Assembly (NCBI GenBank): GCA_018062825.1
Contig: JAGORL010000002.1
Span: 1,629 to 65,628 of the forward strand
Origin: Patescibacteria group bacterium
GTDB lineage: Bacteria; Patescibacteriota; Patescibacteriia; UBA9934
DNA: 64,000 nt
Direction of reading: 5' to 3'
A model generated the notes under the pieces. The model searched no databases, was not told the origin of the DNA, and saw only the letters and a list, made by a program, of their open reading frames with translations. The position numbers and the translations under genes were made by a program. Below, piece after piece: positions 56,346 through 64,000 of this stretch; the first letter of the stretch is position 1, and each line of letters starts with the position of its first letter.

Positions 56346-56375
56346 AAAGCACGCGACCAAAAGTCCGTGCTTTTG
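56346..56375 (+). terminator. terminator (AAGCACG-CGACCAAAAGTC-CGTGCTTTT)
   Basis: Read directly. Confidence 0.6.
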
Positions 56376-56401
56376 ACTTTTTGGCTAAAATTTGCTATAA
56401 T
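56373..56401 (+). promoter_or_regulatory. sigma70 promoter TTGACT-17-TATAAT followed by RBS GGAGGA
   Basis: Near-consensus; drives the 56425 ORF. Confidence 0.65.
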
Positions 56402-56424
56402 AAAGAGGTTGCCTGGAGGACAAG

Positions 56425-56790
56425 ATGACCCTTTTTCTGCTCTTTTTCGCCTGTATCATCCCCCCACAGGAAGATCTCACCACTGCTACGTCACCGGCCG
56501 CCAAGACCAAAGCGGAGCCGACTGCCGAAGTCATCGATCACAAACCCATCGGTAAGATCGCCTGCGCCGAGATGGAGCGCGTCACCTGGAAGGGTGACGT
56601 CTGGCTTACCGGAGGCGATGAACCTACCCTCGCCTACATCGAAGAGGTCGCAGATGGGAAGAAAGTGGCCTGTGCCCTCGCCTGGCCATTTCGCCACCCG
56701 AAGTTCGCGGAGTTCTCCTTCTGCGAGAAGCGAAGCGGGCGTGGCGAATGCATCACCGTGCACCCCGAGCTCGAGACGCTCGACGAATAA
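56425..56790 (+). CDS. putative lipoprotein, hypothetical
   Basis: Signal-like N-terminus ending in FFAC (lipobox-like). Confidence 0.45.
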   Translation: MTLFLLFFACIIPPQEDLTTATSPAAKTKAEPTAEVIDHKPIGKIACAEMERVTWKGDVWLTGGDEPTLAYIEEVADGKKVACALAWPFRHPKFAEFSFCEKRSGRGECITVHPELETLDE

Positions 56791-56803
56791 ACTCTGCAAC
56801 ACA

Positions 56804-56840
56804 AACGCCCGACGGCTATCCGTCGGGCGTTCATCTTTTT
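56804..56840. terminator. bidirectional terminator (AACGCCCGACGG-CTAT-CCGTCGGGCGTT + CATCTTTTT)
   Basis: 12-bp perfect stem. Confidence 0.8.
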
Positions 56841-59463
56841 AACTCGATGATCCAGGAACTACCACATGTACCTGACCACCAGCATCGTACACAATTTTAT
56901 CGCGTCGCTTCACCTGCTGAGTAAGAATCAGATCAGCTACCGCATTCTCTACTCGCTCTTGCATAACACGCCGCAAAGGTCGCGCGCCAAACTTTGGATC
57001 ATAGCCTGCTTCAGCAAGCTCATGAAGCGCGGCGTCGGTAATTTCAAGCACCATGCCCTGCTCTTCAATACGCTTGGCGAGCGACTTGGTCATCAAGTAG
57101 GCAATCGCCACTACATCCTCTCTGGTTAATGGCGTAAAGACGATCAGATCATCAAAGCGATTTAAAAACTCCGGTCGGTACACGTGTCGCAATTCACCAT
57201 TCACAAGCGCCTCCTTTAGCGCCTCAGGTGACGTTCCCTTAACAACTTCATCTTGAATGTAAACAGCGCCCACGTTTGAAGTAGCAATGATGATCGCATT
57301 AGTAAAGTCAACCGTTCTGCCAAACCCGTCAGTCAACCGACCATCATCAAGCACCTGCAAGAAAAGATTAAGCACATCAGGGTGCGCCTTCTCTAACTCA
57401 TCAAGCAAAATAAGGGAGTACGGCGAGCGGCGTACAGCCTCCGTAAGTAGTCCCGCCTGACTATTCCCACCAACAAGCCGCGTTGAAGACGTGGCATCTT
57501 GATACTCGCTCATATCAAAACGCAACATAGCGTTTTCATTCCCAAAGAAAACTTCAGCGGTCGTTTTTGCAAGCTCAGTCTTACCAACACCAGTTGGACC
57601 AAGGAATAAAAACGCCGCAATCGGTCGCTTATCGCTACGCAACTTGGCACGAGCACGCCGAAGCGCCGAAGAGACGGCTTTTACCGCATGCTCCTGACCG
57701 ATAACGCGTGCATGAAGCTGCTCTTCTAAGTGCAGAAGCTTCTGACCTTCATCTTGCGTAACTGTCGTGACGTTTACTTTGGCTTTCTGAGAAACAAGTT
57801 CCGCTACATCCTCTTTCGTGATCCAGGCAAGTTTTTGACCACGCTTCGCTACAAAAAGCGCTACTTCTTTAGCAAGTTCAATCGCGCTCTGCGGCATAGC
57901 AACGTCATGCAAATAGCGTGTAGCAAAATCTACAACCGATGCTACTGCTGCATACGTAAAAATAACTTGGTGCTTGGCTTCGATCGCACCAACCTTTGCT
58001 TCCAAAATACGAATCGCGTCCTGAGCGAGCGGCTCACCAATATCAACACGCGAGAGCGCCGGGCCAAGCACGGAGCGCTCCAGAACATTGGCGTACGCCT
58101 CAGGCGTGGTGGTAGTAATGGCAAACGTATAACCCCGACTAAGCTCTTGCACAAGAACGCTCGCTAAATCAATCGAACCTCCCGCACCAACAAGTTCATG
58201 CACGTTCTCAATCACAATAATCACGTTGCCGGCCCGTGCCGCCTCACGCAGTGCATACAAAAATCGCTCATCAGCACTCCCCTGGCCAGAACTAATGATG
58301 TGCGGAACGGACAATCGCAACAATCGCTTATCAGCAAGTTGCCTTGGAACACGCTCTTCCACCATTAAATCAGCTAAGCCATCAATGAGTGCGCTTTTGC
58401 CACTACCCGGCTGCCCAACTAAAACCACACTCTTTTCACCACCCTCAATAGCACGCAGCATGTTGGCCATCTCCTGATCTCGCCCAACAAGAAGCGCCGT
58501 GCGGCCGTACACCGCTTGGCGAGTAACGTCTTCAGATACCGCATCAAGAAACGGCGTAGCAACAGCTGTCATCGCGCGATCAAGATTGCCCGTTGGTTTA
58601 AAAGCAGCCGCAGCTCTAAAAGCCTTATAGCGAGCGACAAGTTCATCAGAAATATGCAGCCAGGCAATCGCGTGCTCCATGTCACTGGCGGTCACGGCAT
58701 GATCGGCAAAAATCTCTTGTGTAAACTCATCAGCGGCAAAAGATGCCGCAAAAAGATCAAGCGCTGTCACCTGCTTACGACCACCCCGAGCCGCTAATGC
58801 AAACGCTTGCGCCACGAGCGCTCGCCCGGCTTCTGAAAAATGCGCCTCACCCGCCACACCACCCTGCATACGAATAGCAAGCGGATCTTTAAGGTACGAG
58901 CTTGGCAAACCAAGACGCGCTAAAAGCGTCCGAACACTCACGGAGGATAGCGCCGCCGTAATAACATGCTCAGCATTCACCTCCACCGCCTGCGCGGTAT
59001 CTGCAATCACAAGTGCGTCCTCAATAGCTTGCCAAGCATCAGCCGAAAATACCGTTGCAATATCTCGACTGCCCGTAGGCGGCATGCCGACAGTGACAAC
59101 CTCCGGAACCTCCTCATGCTTTGATCGAGCAATAAGCGCATGCTCATCTTCCGGCATTTTTGAAAGATATGCACCAAACAAACCAGACATAACACCAGCT
59201 CCCAAAGCAACAAAGGCTGGATTAGCAGACGTGAAGTAAACATCAATCGGCACAACACCCTGACCTTGATAAAGAGCAAAGTCGACAATAACAGCTCCAA
59301 CGCCAAGAAGCGCGCCAGCGTACGCCAAGGTCCTCAACATGCCGCGGCCACGAATCCTCCCTAAGCGTGACGCAATAGTTGCCGGCGTAATCTCAGGATG
59401 AAAATACCAAAATACTCCTTGGTATTGAACGCCGGTGATGTCTGTTGGCATGGCGGAAATCAT
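56839..59463 (-). CDS. Clp-family AAA+ chaperone (ClpB/ClpC-like) with N-terminal membrane-spanning segment
   Basis: Two AAA modules (GQPGSGKS ...; LFLGPTGVGKTELAKT), sensor and ClpB_D2-small regions. The first ~100 aa contain 2-3 hydrophobic helices. Confidence 0.85.
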   Translation of the reverse strand: MISAMPTDITGVQYQGVFWYFHPEITPATIASRLGRIRGRGMLRTLAYAGALLGVGAVIVDFALYQGQGVVPIDVYFTSANPAFVALGAGVMSGLFGAYLSKMPEDEHALIARSKHEEVPEVVTVGMPPTGSRDIATVFSADAWQAIEDALVIADTAQAVEVNAEHVITAALSSVSVRTLLARLGLPSSYLKDPLAIRMQGGVAGEAHFSEAGRALVAQAFALAARGGRKQVTALDLFAASFAADEFTQEIFADHAVTASDMEHAIAWLHISDELVARYKAFRAAAAFKPTGNLDRAMTAVATPFLDAVSEDVTRQAVYGRTALLVGRDQEMANMLRAIEGGEKSVVLVGQPGSGKSALIDGLADLMVEERVPRQLADKRLLRLSVPHIISSGQGSADERFLYALREAARAGNVIIVIENVHELVGAGGSIDLASVLVQELSRGYTFAITTTTPEAYANVLERSVLGPALSRVDIGEPLAQDAIRILEAKVGAIEAKHQVIFTYAAVASVVDFATRYLHDVAMPQSAIELAKEVALFVAKRGQKLAWITKEDVAELVSQKAKVNVTTVTQDEGQKLLHLEEQLHARVIGQEHAVKAVSSALRRARAKLRSDKRPIAAFLFLGPTGVGKTELAKTTAEVFFGNENAMLRFDMSEYQDATSSTRLVGGNSQAGLLTEAVRRSPYSLILLDELEKAHPDVLNLFLQVLDDGRLTDGFGRTVDFTNAIIIATSNVGAVYIQDEVVKGTSPEALKEALVNGELRHVYRPEFLNRFDDLIVFTPLTREDVVAIAYLMTKSLAKRIEEQGMVLEITDAALHELAEAGYDPKFGARPLRRVMQERVENAVADLILTQQVKRRDKIVYDAGGQVHVVVPGSSS

Positions 59464-59466
59464 AAG

Positions 59467-59856
59467 CTAAACAAACAACAACGAGATCTCAAACACGATC
59501 AAAAGAAAGGCGACCAAAGGTGCCACAACATAGCCGATCAAAACGGCAAACATAAAAACTGACCACAAACAAAGTCCAATGCCTCGGAAGATCAACTGAA
59601 AAACGCGCACCACGAAACTAATAATACGACTCTGCCAGTCATACATGCCGTACATTGGCACAAGAAGATTCTTAAGCCAGACCGATACACCAAATGATCG
59701 AGCGGTAGATTCAATGCTTCCCAGGCAATACAAAGCCATGCGGCGCAAACCACGTGTATACCACCACGGTAAAAAACCCACTACGTCAGCAACAAGTCCG
59801 GTAAATGCTGAAGTCGCTCCAGAAACCATATATGCAAAGTATAGCAGGCTACCCAA
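59467..59856 (-). CDS. small multi-TM membrane protein, hypothetical (co-transcribed upstream of clp)
   Basis: 129 aa with 3-4 hydrophobic segments. Confidence 0.45.
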   Translation of the reverse strand: MGSLLYFAYMVSGATSAFTGLVADVVGFLPWWYTRGLRRMALYCLGSIESTARSFGVSVWLKNLLVPMYGMYDWQSRIISFVVRVFQLIFRGIGLCLWSVFMFAVLIGYVVAPLVAFLLIVFEISLLFV

Positions 59857-59886
59857 AGAATCACCGAAAACGTATAGTGCCGCTAT

Positions 59887-60591
59887 ATGGATATCTTCAT
59901 TGTCTGCGGATACGGCATCCCTGAAAACATGGAAACTGATACCAATTACCTCGTCTACCTTCGTACAGTCTTTAATAAGCTGTACAGCAAAGTAAACCTC
60001 AAACCTGCGGCCATCATTTCATGCGGTGGACCAACCTCAATGAAGGCCCCGTACACCAACACCGAAGCTGCGGTGATCACGCAAGCACTCGTTAAACAAA
60101 CGCAACGAGAAGAGCTGCAAAGCGCCACGAAACTCTGGAAATTCTATGAAGAAGGTACCTCGCTTTCAACGCTTGAGAATCTACTCAATGCTAAAAAGAT
60201 CATAGAAGATCAGCAGCTTTCAGGTAACATAACCATTTTTTGCGAAGCAACACGTGAGCATCGCATTACCGAAACCGCAAAAAAGATCTTCCAAAGGAGC
60301 ATTAATGTTGAACCTATTGATTTTGACACCAGCATTAACCGCTATCTAAATCCTGAACGCATAAAAGAAAAAGAAGAGATCGGTTTGCAAGAATCACTTT
60401 GGACGCTGGAAGACGCAAATCGACTAGCGCTCCACCACGAATTATTTGAGAAGAAGTTCATTTTCTTCAGAAATGAAAAGGAGAAAGGGCTCTCAGAGAC
60501 GGAAATCGTAAAACGCTGGTACGAAAAAATGGATGACATCATAAAAGAAGCGATGCCAGATCATCCGCTTTTCAAAAACAAAACGGGCTAA
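59887..60591 (+). CDS. DUF218/YdcF-like protein
   Basis: IFIVCGYG ... ISCGGPTS pattern. Confidence 0.5.
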   Translation: MDIFIVCGYGIPENMETDTNYLVYLRTVFNKLYSKVNLKPAAIISCGGPTSMKAPYTNTEAAVITQALVKQTQREELQSATKLWKFYEEGTSLSTLENLLNAKKIIEDQQLSGNITIFCEATREHRITETAKKIFQRSINVEPIDFDTSINRYLNPERIKEKEEIGLQESLWTLEDANRLALHHELFEKKFIFFRNEKEKGLSETEIVKRWYEKMDDIIKEAMPDHPLFKNKTG

Positions 60592-60607
60592 GCCCGTTTT
60601 GTTTTTT
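60580..60607. terminator. bidirectional terminator (AAAACGGGC-TAA-GCCCGTTTT + GTTTTTT)
   Basis: Sits between convergent genes. Confidence 0.8.
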
Positions 60608-61565
60608 ATGCCATCGCCTCTAGCGCCTCCATCACGCGCGCAATATCATCGGTGAGAATCGCATCTTTAAGTGCCTTAGCTCTCTCTTGCACGCCCGCAT
60701 TGGTCATTGCGCCAGCATCTCCCAAGTTTGCAATCACTCGATACGCAAGCGGTGACATGATCGCCTTGCGAAGATCACTTTGCGGATACTGCTTATCCCA
60801 AGCCTCGAGCGTGTTCACTAAAAACTCATGTGCCATCTTTGGCTGATGCAAAAGCCCCGCTGACTGCAGTACAAAATACGCCGGATCATAGCCGGTCATG
60901 CCAACACGTGCATACTCACCATCAAGGAGTGCCAAGCGTCCATCCTCAGATCGCATGAGATTAAACGGAACAATGTCGTGATGTTGAAATGAGGCAACTT
61001 CAAAATGCGATTCCCAAATCTCACGTAATCCATCCCGATCACGAACGGTCATCAAGCCTTTGTCTATTGGATTCTGAGCATTTGCAAGCAAACGACCCGC
61101 ATAGAAATCTTTGTTCCAGCCGCTTTCAGCGATCTGCCTAAAATACTTCGGCATGTCTTCCACTGAAATACCACGAATCGCGACGAGCGACTCAACAAGA
61201 GCCTTGATCTCGTCAGACGACAAGGTTGATCGCATACCATCGGGCACCGATTCAGCCAACACCTCTCCCGACACCTTTGCAGAAATAGCCATTGTCCAAC
61301 CATCACGAAGAAGCAGTGTGCTCGCCGGCACAAAAACCTTGTCACCAGGCAGCTTGTCAGACAAAAAAGCATCCGCACGCTGCTGATTCTCAACAAGATC
61401 AATGCCATGCTCGGTACGACGACCAACTTTAATAACAACATCCTCGCCCTCATGCTCAGCAGCATAAACACCACCCTCACCACGACGCTTCATCAAAGAA
61501 ACGTTACGAAATCCTTCACGTGATAACACCTGTTCAGGACCCTGGGGGATTTCACGATTCTCCAT
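60606..61565 (-). CDS. aminoglycoside/choline-kinase-like phosphotransferase family protein
   Basis: Kinase-like fold; HHDIVPFNLM matches the APH catalytic loop (H.D ... N). Confidence 0.6.
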   Translation of the reverse strand: MENREIPQGPEQVLSREGFRNVSLMKRRGEGGVYAAEHEGEDVVIKVGRRTEHGIDLVENQQRADAFLSDKLPGDKVFVPASTLLLRDGWTMAISAKVSGEVLAESVPDGMRSTLSSDEIKALVESLVAIRGISVEDMPKYFRQIAESGWNKDFYAGRLLANAQNPIDKGLMTVRDRDGLREIWESHFEVASFQHHDIVPFNLMRSEDGRLALLDGEYARVGMTGYDPAYFVLQSAGLLHQPKMAHEFLVNTLEAWDKQYPQSDLRKAIMSPLAYRVIANLGDAGAMTNAGVQERAKALKDAILTDDIARVMEALEAMA

Positions 61566-61581
61566 AAAAGATGGTTAAATT

Positions 61582-62709
61582 TTATGATGATAGCACTGCT
61601 CGCAACTCCTCCATTAACCGCAAATAGAATCGCAAGTTTTGCGCAGTTGCAATACGCATACCAAGCGTCTCACCCGTCTTAAATAAGTGACGTAAATACG
61701 CTTTAGAAAAATCGCGAGACAGCGCATTGTCGGCAAATGGATCAATGGCGCTCGTGTCTTTTGTAAAACGCTCATTAGTGATCTGAATTTTCTCGTACAG
61801 CACCTGCGCAATCTCAACATCCGTTGCGCCCGACTGGGCAAGTTCAAGCGCCTTGCGCGTAGCTTGAGCTGGTTCATCCTTCCAAACAAACAACTGACCG
61901 TGTCGAGCATTTCGAGTCGGAAGCACGCAGTCAAACATATCAACGCCAACCGAAACGTAATACACAATCTCTTCGGGCATACCTCCTCCCATGAAATAAC
62001 GCGGTTTATCTTCCGGCAAAATCTCAGCTACCCGCTTAGCAATGCGAAAAGCATCTTCACGCTTCTCGCCAACAGACAGTCCACCGATCGCGTACCCGTC
62101 AAAGCCAATATCAATAAGTCCGCGTGCGGATTCAAGTCGCAAGTCCTCATGCACTCCCCCTTGCACAATACCAAATAACTTACGCTCAACGTTACGCGCT
62201 GCCTTAGAACGAATCGCCCACCGCAGCGATCGCTGCATTGCCTCTTCAGTACGCTCACGTGCGGAATCGCCAGCTGCTACATCATCAAACTGCATCATGA
62301 TGTCAGCGCCAATCGCATCCTGTACATCCATGGAACTCTCCGGCGTTAAACGGACCTCAGCGCCATCAATATGTGATCGAAATGTCACGCCATCTTCATC
62401 AATGGTGCGAATAGCTCCCAAACTAAATACTTGAAAACCACCGCTATCGGTCAACATCGGGCCCTCCCAACGCATCATGGGCTTAATACCACCAACCTCA
62501 CGCAATAATTCTGTACCAGGACGAAGAAGTAAGTGATACGTATTCCCAAGAATAATTTGCGCCCCAAGCTCCTTAACCTCGCTCGCCGTCATGGTCTTAA
62601 TCGCACCAACGGTTGCGATCGGCATAAAAATAGGCGTCTGTACGTCACCGCTTGGAAGCGACAAAATACCACGACGTGCTGCGCCATGTTTTTTAAGGAG
62701 CGTAAACAT
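61582..62709 (-). CDS. tgt: queuine tRNA-ribosyltransferase
   Basis: TPIFMPIATVGA, GGLSVGE, zinc site C-x-C-x2-C ... H. Confidence 0.9.
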   Translation of the reverse strand: MFTLLKKHGAARRGILSLPSGDVQTPIFMPIATVGAIKTMTASEVKELGAQIILGNTYHLLLRPGTELLREVGGIKPMMRWEGPMLTDSGGFQVFSLGAIRTIDEDGVTFRSHIDGAEVRLTPESSMDVQDAIGADIMMQFDDVAAGDSARERTEEAMQRSLRWAIRSKAARNVERKLFGIVQGGVHEDLRLESARGLIDIGFDGYAIGGLSVGEKREDAFRIAKRVAEILPEDKPRYFMGGGMPEEIVYYVSVGVDMFDCVLPTRNARHGQLFVWKDEPAQATRKALELAQSGATDVEIAQVLYEKIQITNERFTKDTSAIDPFADNALSRDFSKAYLRHLFKTGETLGMRIATAQNLRFYLRLMEELRAVLSS

Positions 62710-62711
62710 AC

Positions 62712-63389
62712 CTAACTATCTAAACGAGTTGAACGAGCGTAAAGCGCAATGCTCACTGCCATAGCAACATTCAAACTCTCAAGTGCTGGATCCATTGGAA
62801 TCATCACCGATCCCTGGCCATCAGCAATACGAATGCCCTGGCCTTCACTTCCCGCAATAAGCGCAATTGGCGCCTTTGGCAGTTGCTCAGGAGTAATGGC
62901 ACGATCTTTATACTCAAGTCTGAAAATCGGACGGTGAAGCGCCACTAGCCACTCATGAATATCAGAGCGGCGCACCTCAGCCCACGGTACTTTCACAACG
63001 GCAGCCGCAGATGAACGCACAACTTTAGGATTTGTTGGGTCAGCTGACTCAACAAGAATGACCGAAGCGTTAAATGCCAAAGCAGCACGCAATAGCGTGC
63101 CTACGTTTCCCGGATCTTGAACGCCGTCTAAAATAAGCACTGTATCGCGCGCTGCAATCTGCTCCTTCGTAAAACGAGGAATACGAGCAACCGCCGCTAC
63201 ATCCTGCGGGGATTCTGTTGAAACAACCTCGAAGAAAGCCGGAGTATCCTTCTTCTTAAAAACAAACTCTACATGCGCCTTAGCGTCACGAACGAACTTT
63301 TCACCTTCAATAATGAACAAACCAAGGCGCTCTCGCTCCTTTTTCTTACGTAAATTGAGAAGTAGACGATTTTGGGGCTTCGATAACAT
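62712..63389 (-). CDS. TrmH/SpoU-family RNA 2'-O-methyltransferase (RlmB-like)
   Basis: GVQDPGNVGTLLRAA, LIAGSEGQGI. Start trimmed to MLSKPQ. Confidence 0.8.
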   Translation of the reverse strand: MLSKPQNRLLLNLRKKKERERLGLFIIEGEKFVRDAKAHVEFVFKKKDTPAFFEVVSTESPQDVAAVARIPRFTKEQIAARDTVLILDGVQDPGNVGTLLRAALAFNASVILVESADPTNPKVVRSSAAAVVKVPWAEVRRSDIHEWLVALHRPIFRLEYKDRAITPEQLPKAPIALIAGSEGQGIRIADGQGSVMIPMDPALESLNVAMAVSIALYARSTRLDS

Positions 63390-63399
63390 ATGCGCAACC

Positions 63400-64000
63400 T
63401 TATACCACGAGTGGCAAAGGATGAATACTCCACGGCTGATCCGAGACGGCATCAGCAATTCGGTACGCCCCGTGGGTTGGAGCGTTCGTAAAGCCATTCC
63501 AGGCCATACGAGCCAGAGCTCCCCCCTCTACCCAATCAAATAACCACTCATGAGCATATTTAGGATCAAGGGCATCCGCTCCCGCTCCCACCTGGAATAA
63601 CCATGATCGATTAAATTCTTCCTGACTTCCCACCGGCTCACTCATAATCATCGGAATGCCAAGACCTACATAAAACGAAAGCTCTGACGGCTTTGTCCAA
63701 AGCACATCGGTTTCACCCATAAGCTTAGTGAACCCCTTAAAGTAATCAGCTCGCTTTTCAGAATAGTGAATGCGAATACTTCCCTGCTTGATATAGCGAT
63801 CAAGTCCACGCTTAGTAAGTTCGTTAACAAAGTAGGTATTAATTTCAGGACGTGTTCCTGCGACTAGATTTAAAACAATACGTTTCTTGCCAAGATCTTT
63901 ACTCAAACTCTCAGCAAGAGTGATGCCGATTTCACGCTGAGCACCTGCTCCTCCAACCGCAAATGTTAACGATAACGGCGTAGGCTTCTTGGCGCCAACC
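63400..64000 (-). CDS. partial CDS (C-terminal part), GT28/MGDG-synthase-like glycosyltransferase C-terminal domain; N-terminus beyond window end
   Basis: The frame stays open to the window edge (... TFAVGGAGAQREIGITLAESLSKDLGKK ...). Confidence 0.5.
   Translation of the reverse strand, partial: VGAKKPTPLSLTFAVGGAGAQREIGITLAESLSKDLGKKRIVLNLVAGTRPEINTYFVNELTKRGLDRYIKQGSIRIHYSEKRADYFKGFTKLMGETDVLWTKPSELSFYVGLGIPMIMSEPVGSQEEFNRSWLFQVGAGADALDPKYAHEWLFDWVEGGALARMAWNGFTNAPTHGAYRIADAVSDQPWSIHPLPLVV

Noticed and set aside
1-64000. CRISPR arrays, rRNA genes, integrases or transposases
   Set aside because: No regularly spaced direct repeats. No rRNA-like conserved stretches. No tyrosine- or serine-recombinase or DDE motifs were recognised in any ORF.

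Overview
Gene-dense bacterial chromosomal window, coded mostly on the minus strand. Housekeeping content: dnaX; cysS; a hrcA-grpE-dnaK-dnaJ heat-shock operon with CIRCE; a PP2C phosphatase; a Kef-type antiporter; murF with a PBP transpeptidase; nrdB-nrdA with candidate NrdR boxes; ugd; malic enzyme; a UvrD/PcrA helicase; mltG; nth; cca; gpmI; mraZ-rsmH-ftsL; a WecA/MraY-family transferase; a membrane-anchored Clp ATPase; tgt; trmH. Two tRNAs are present, Gln-CUG and Glu-CUC. The gene repertoire looks Gram-positive-like or Patescibacteria-like, but that is a tentative guess. Accessory and unusual material is interleaved with the core genes. (1) An AT-rich island next to tRNA-Gln carries an HNH-nuclease protein, a Pif1-family helicase and small unknown ORFs. 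(2) Four visibly GC-rich cassettes, each with its own terminator and one unknown ORF, sit in spacers between core operons and share a conserved leader (GCTAACCTTG ... CTTGGAGG-ATG). (3) A 306-bp GIY-YIG mini-element at tRNA-Glu is flanked by 26-bp direct repeats of the tRNA 5' end. (4) A zinc-ribbon plus DUF4145 gene is inserted between grpE and dnaK, and three small ORFs lie between dnaK and dnaJ, including a Cys/Asp-rich microprotein. (5) Purine-rich sense-strand repeat families occur at gene 3' ends, often with the TAG stop codon embedded in G-runs, together with a hairpin module that shows compensatory substitutions. (6) A membrane FtsK/HerA/TraD-like ATPase sits next to an Avd-like four-helix-bundle protein. 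No CRISPR array, rRNA gene or integrase was seen.
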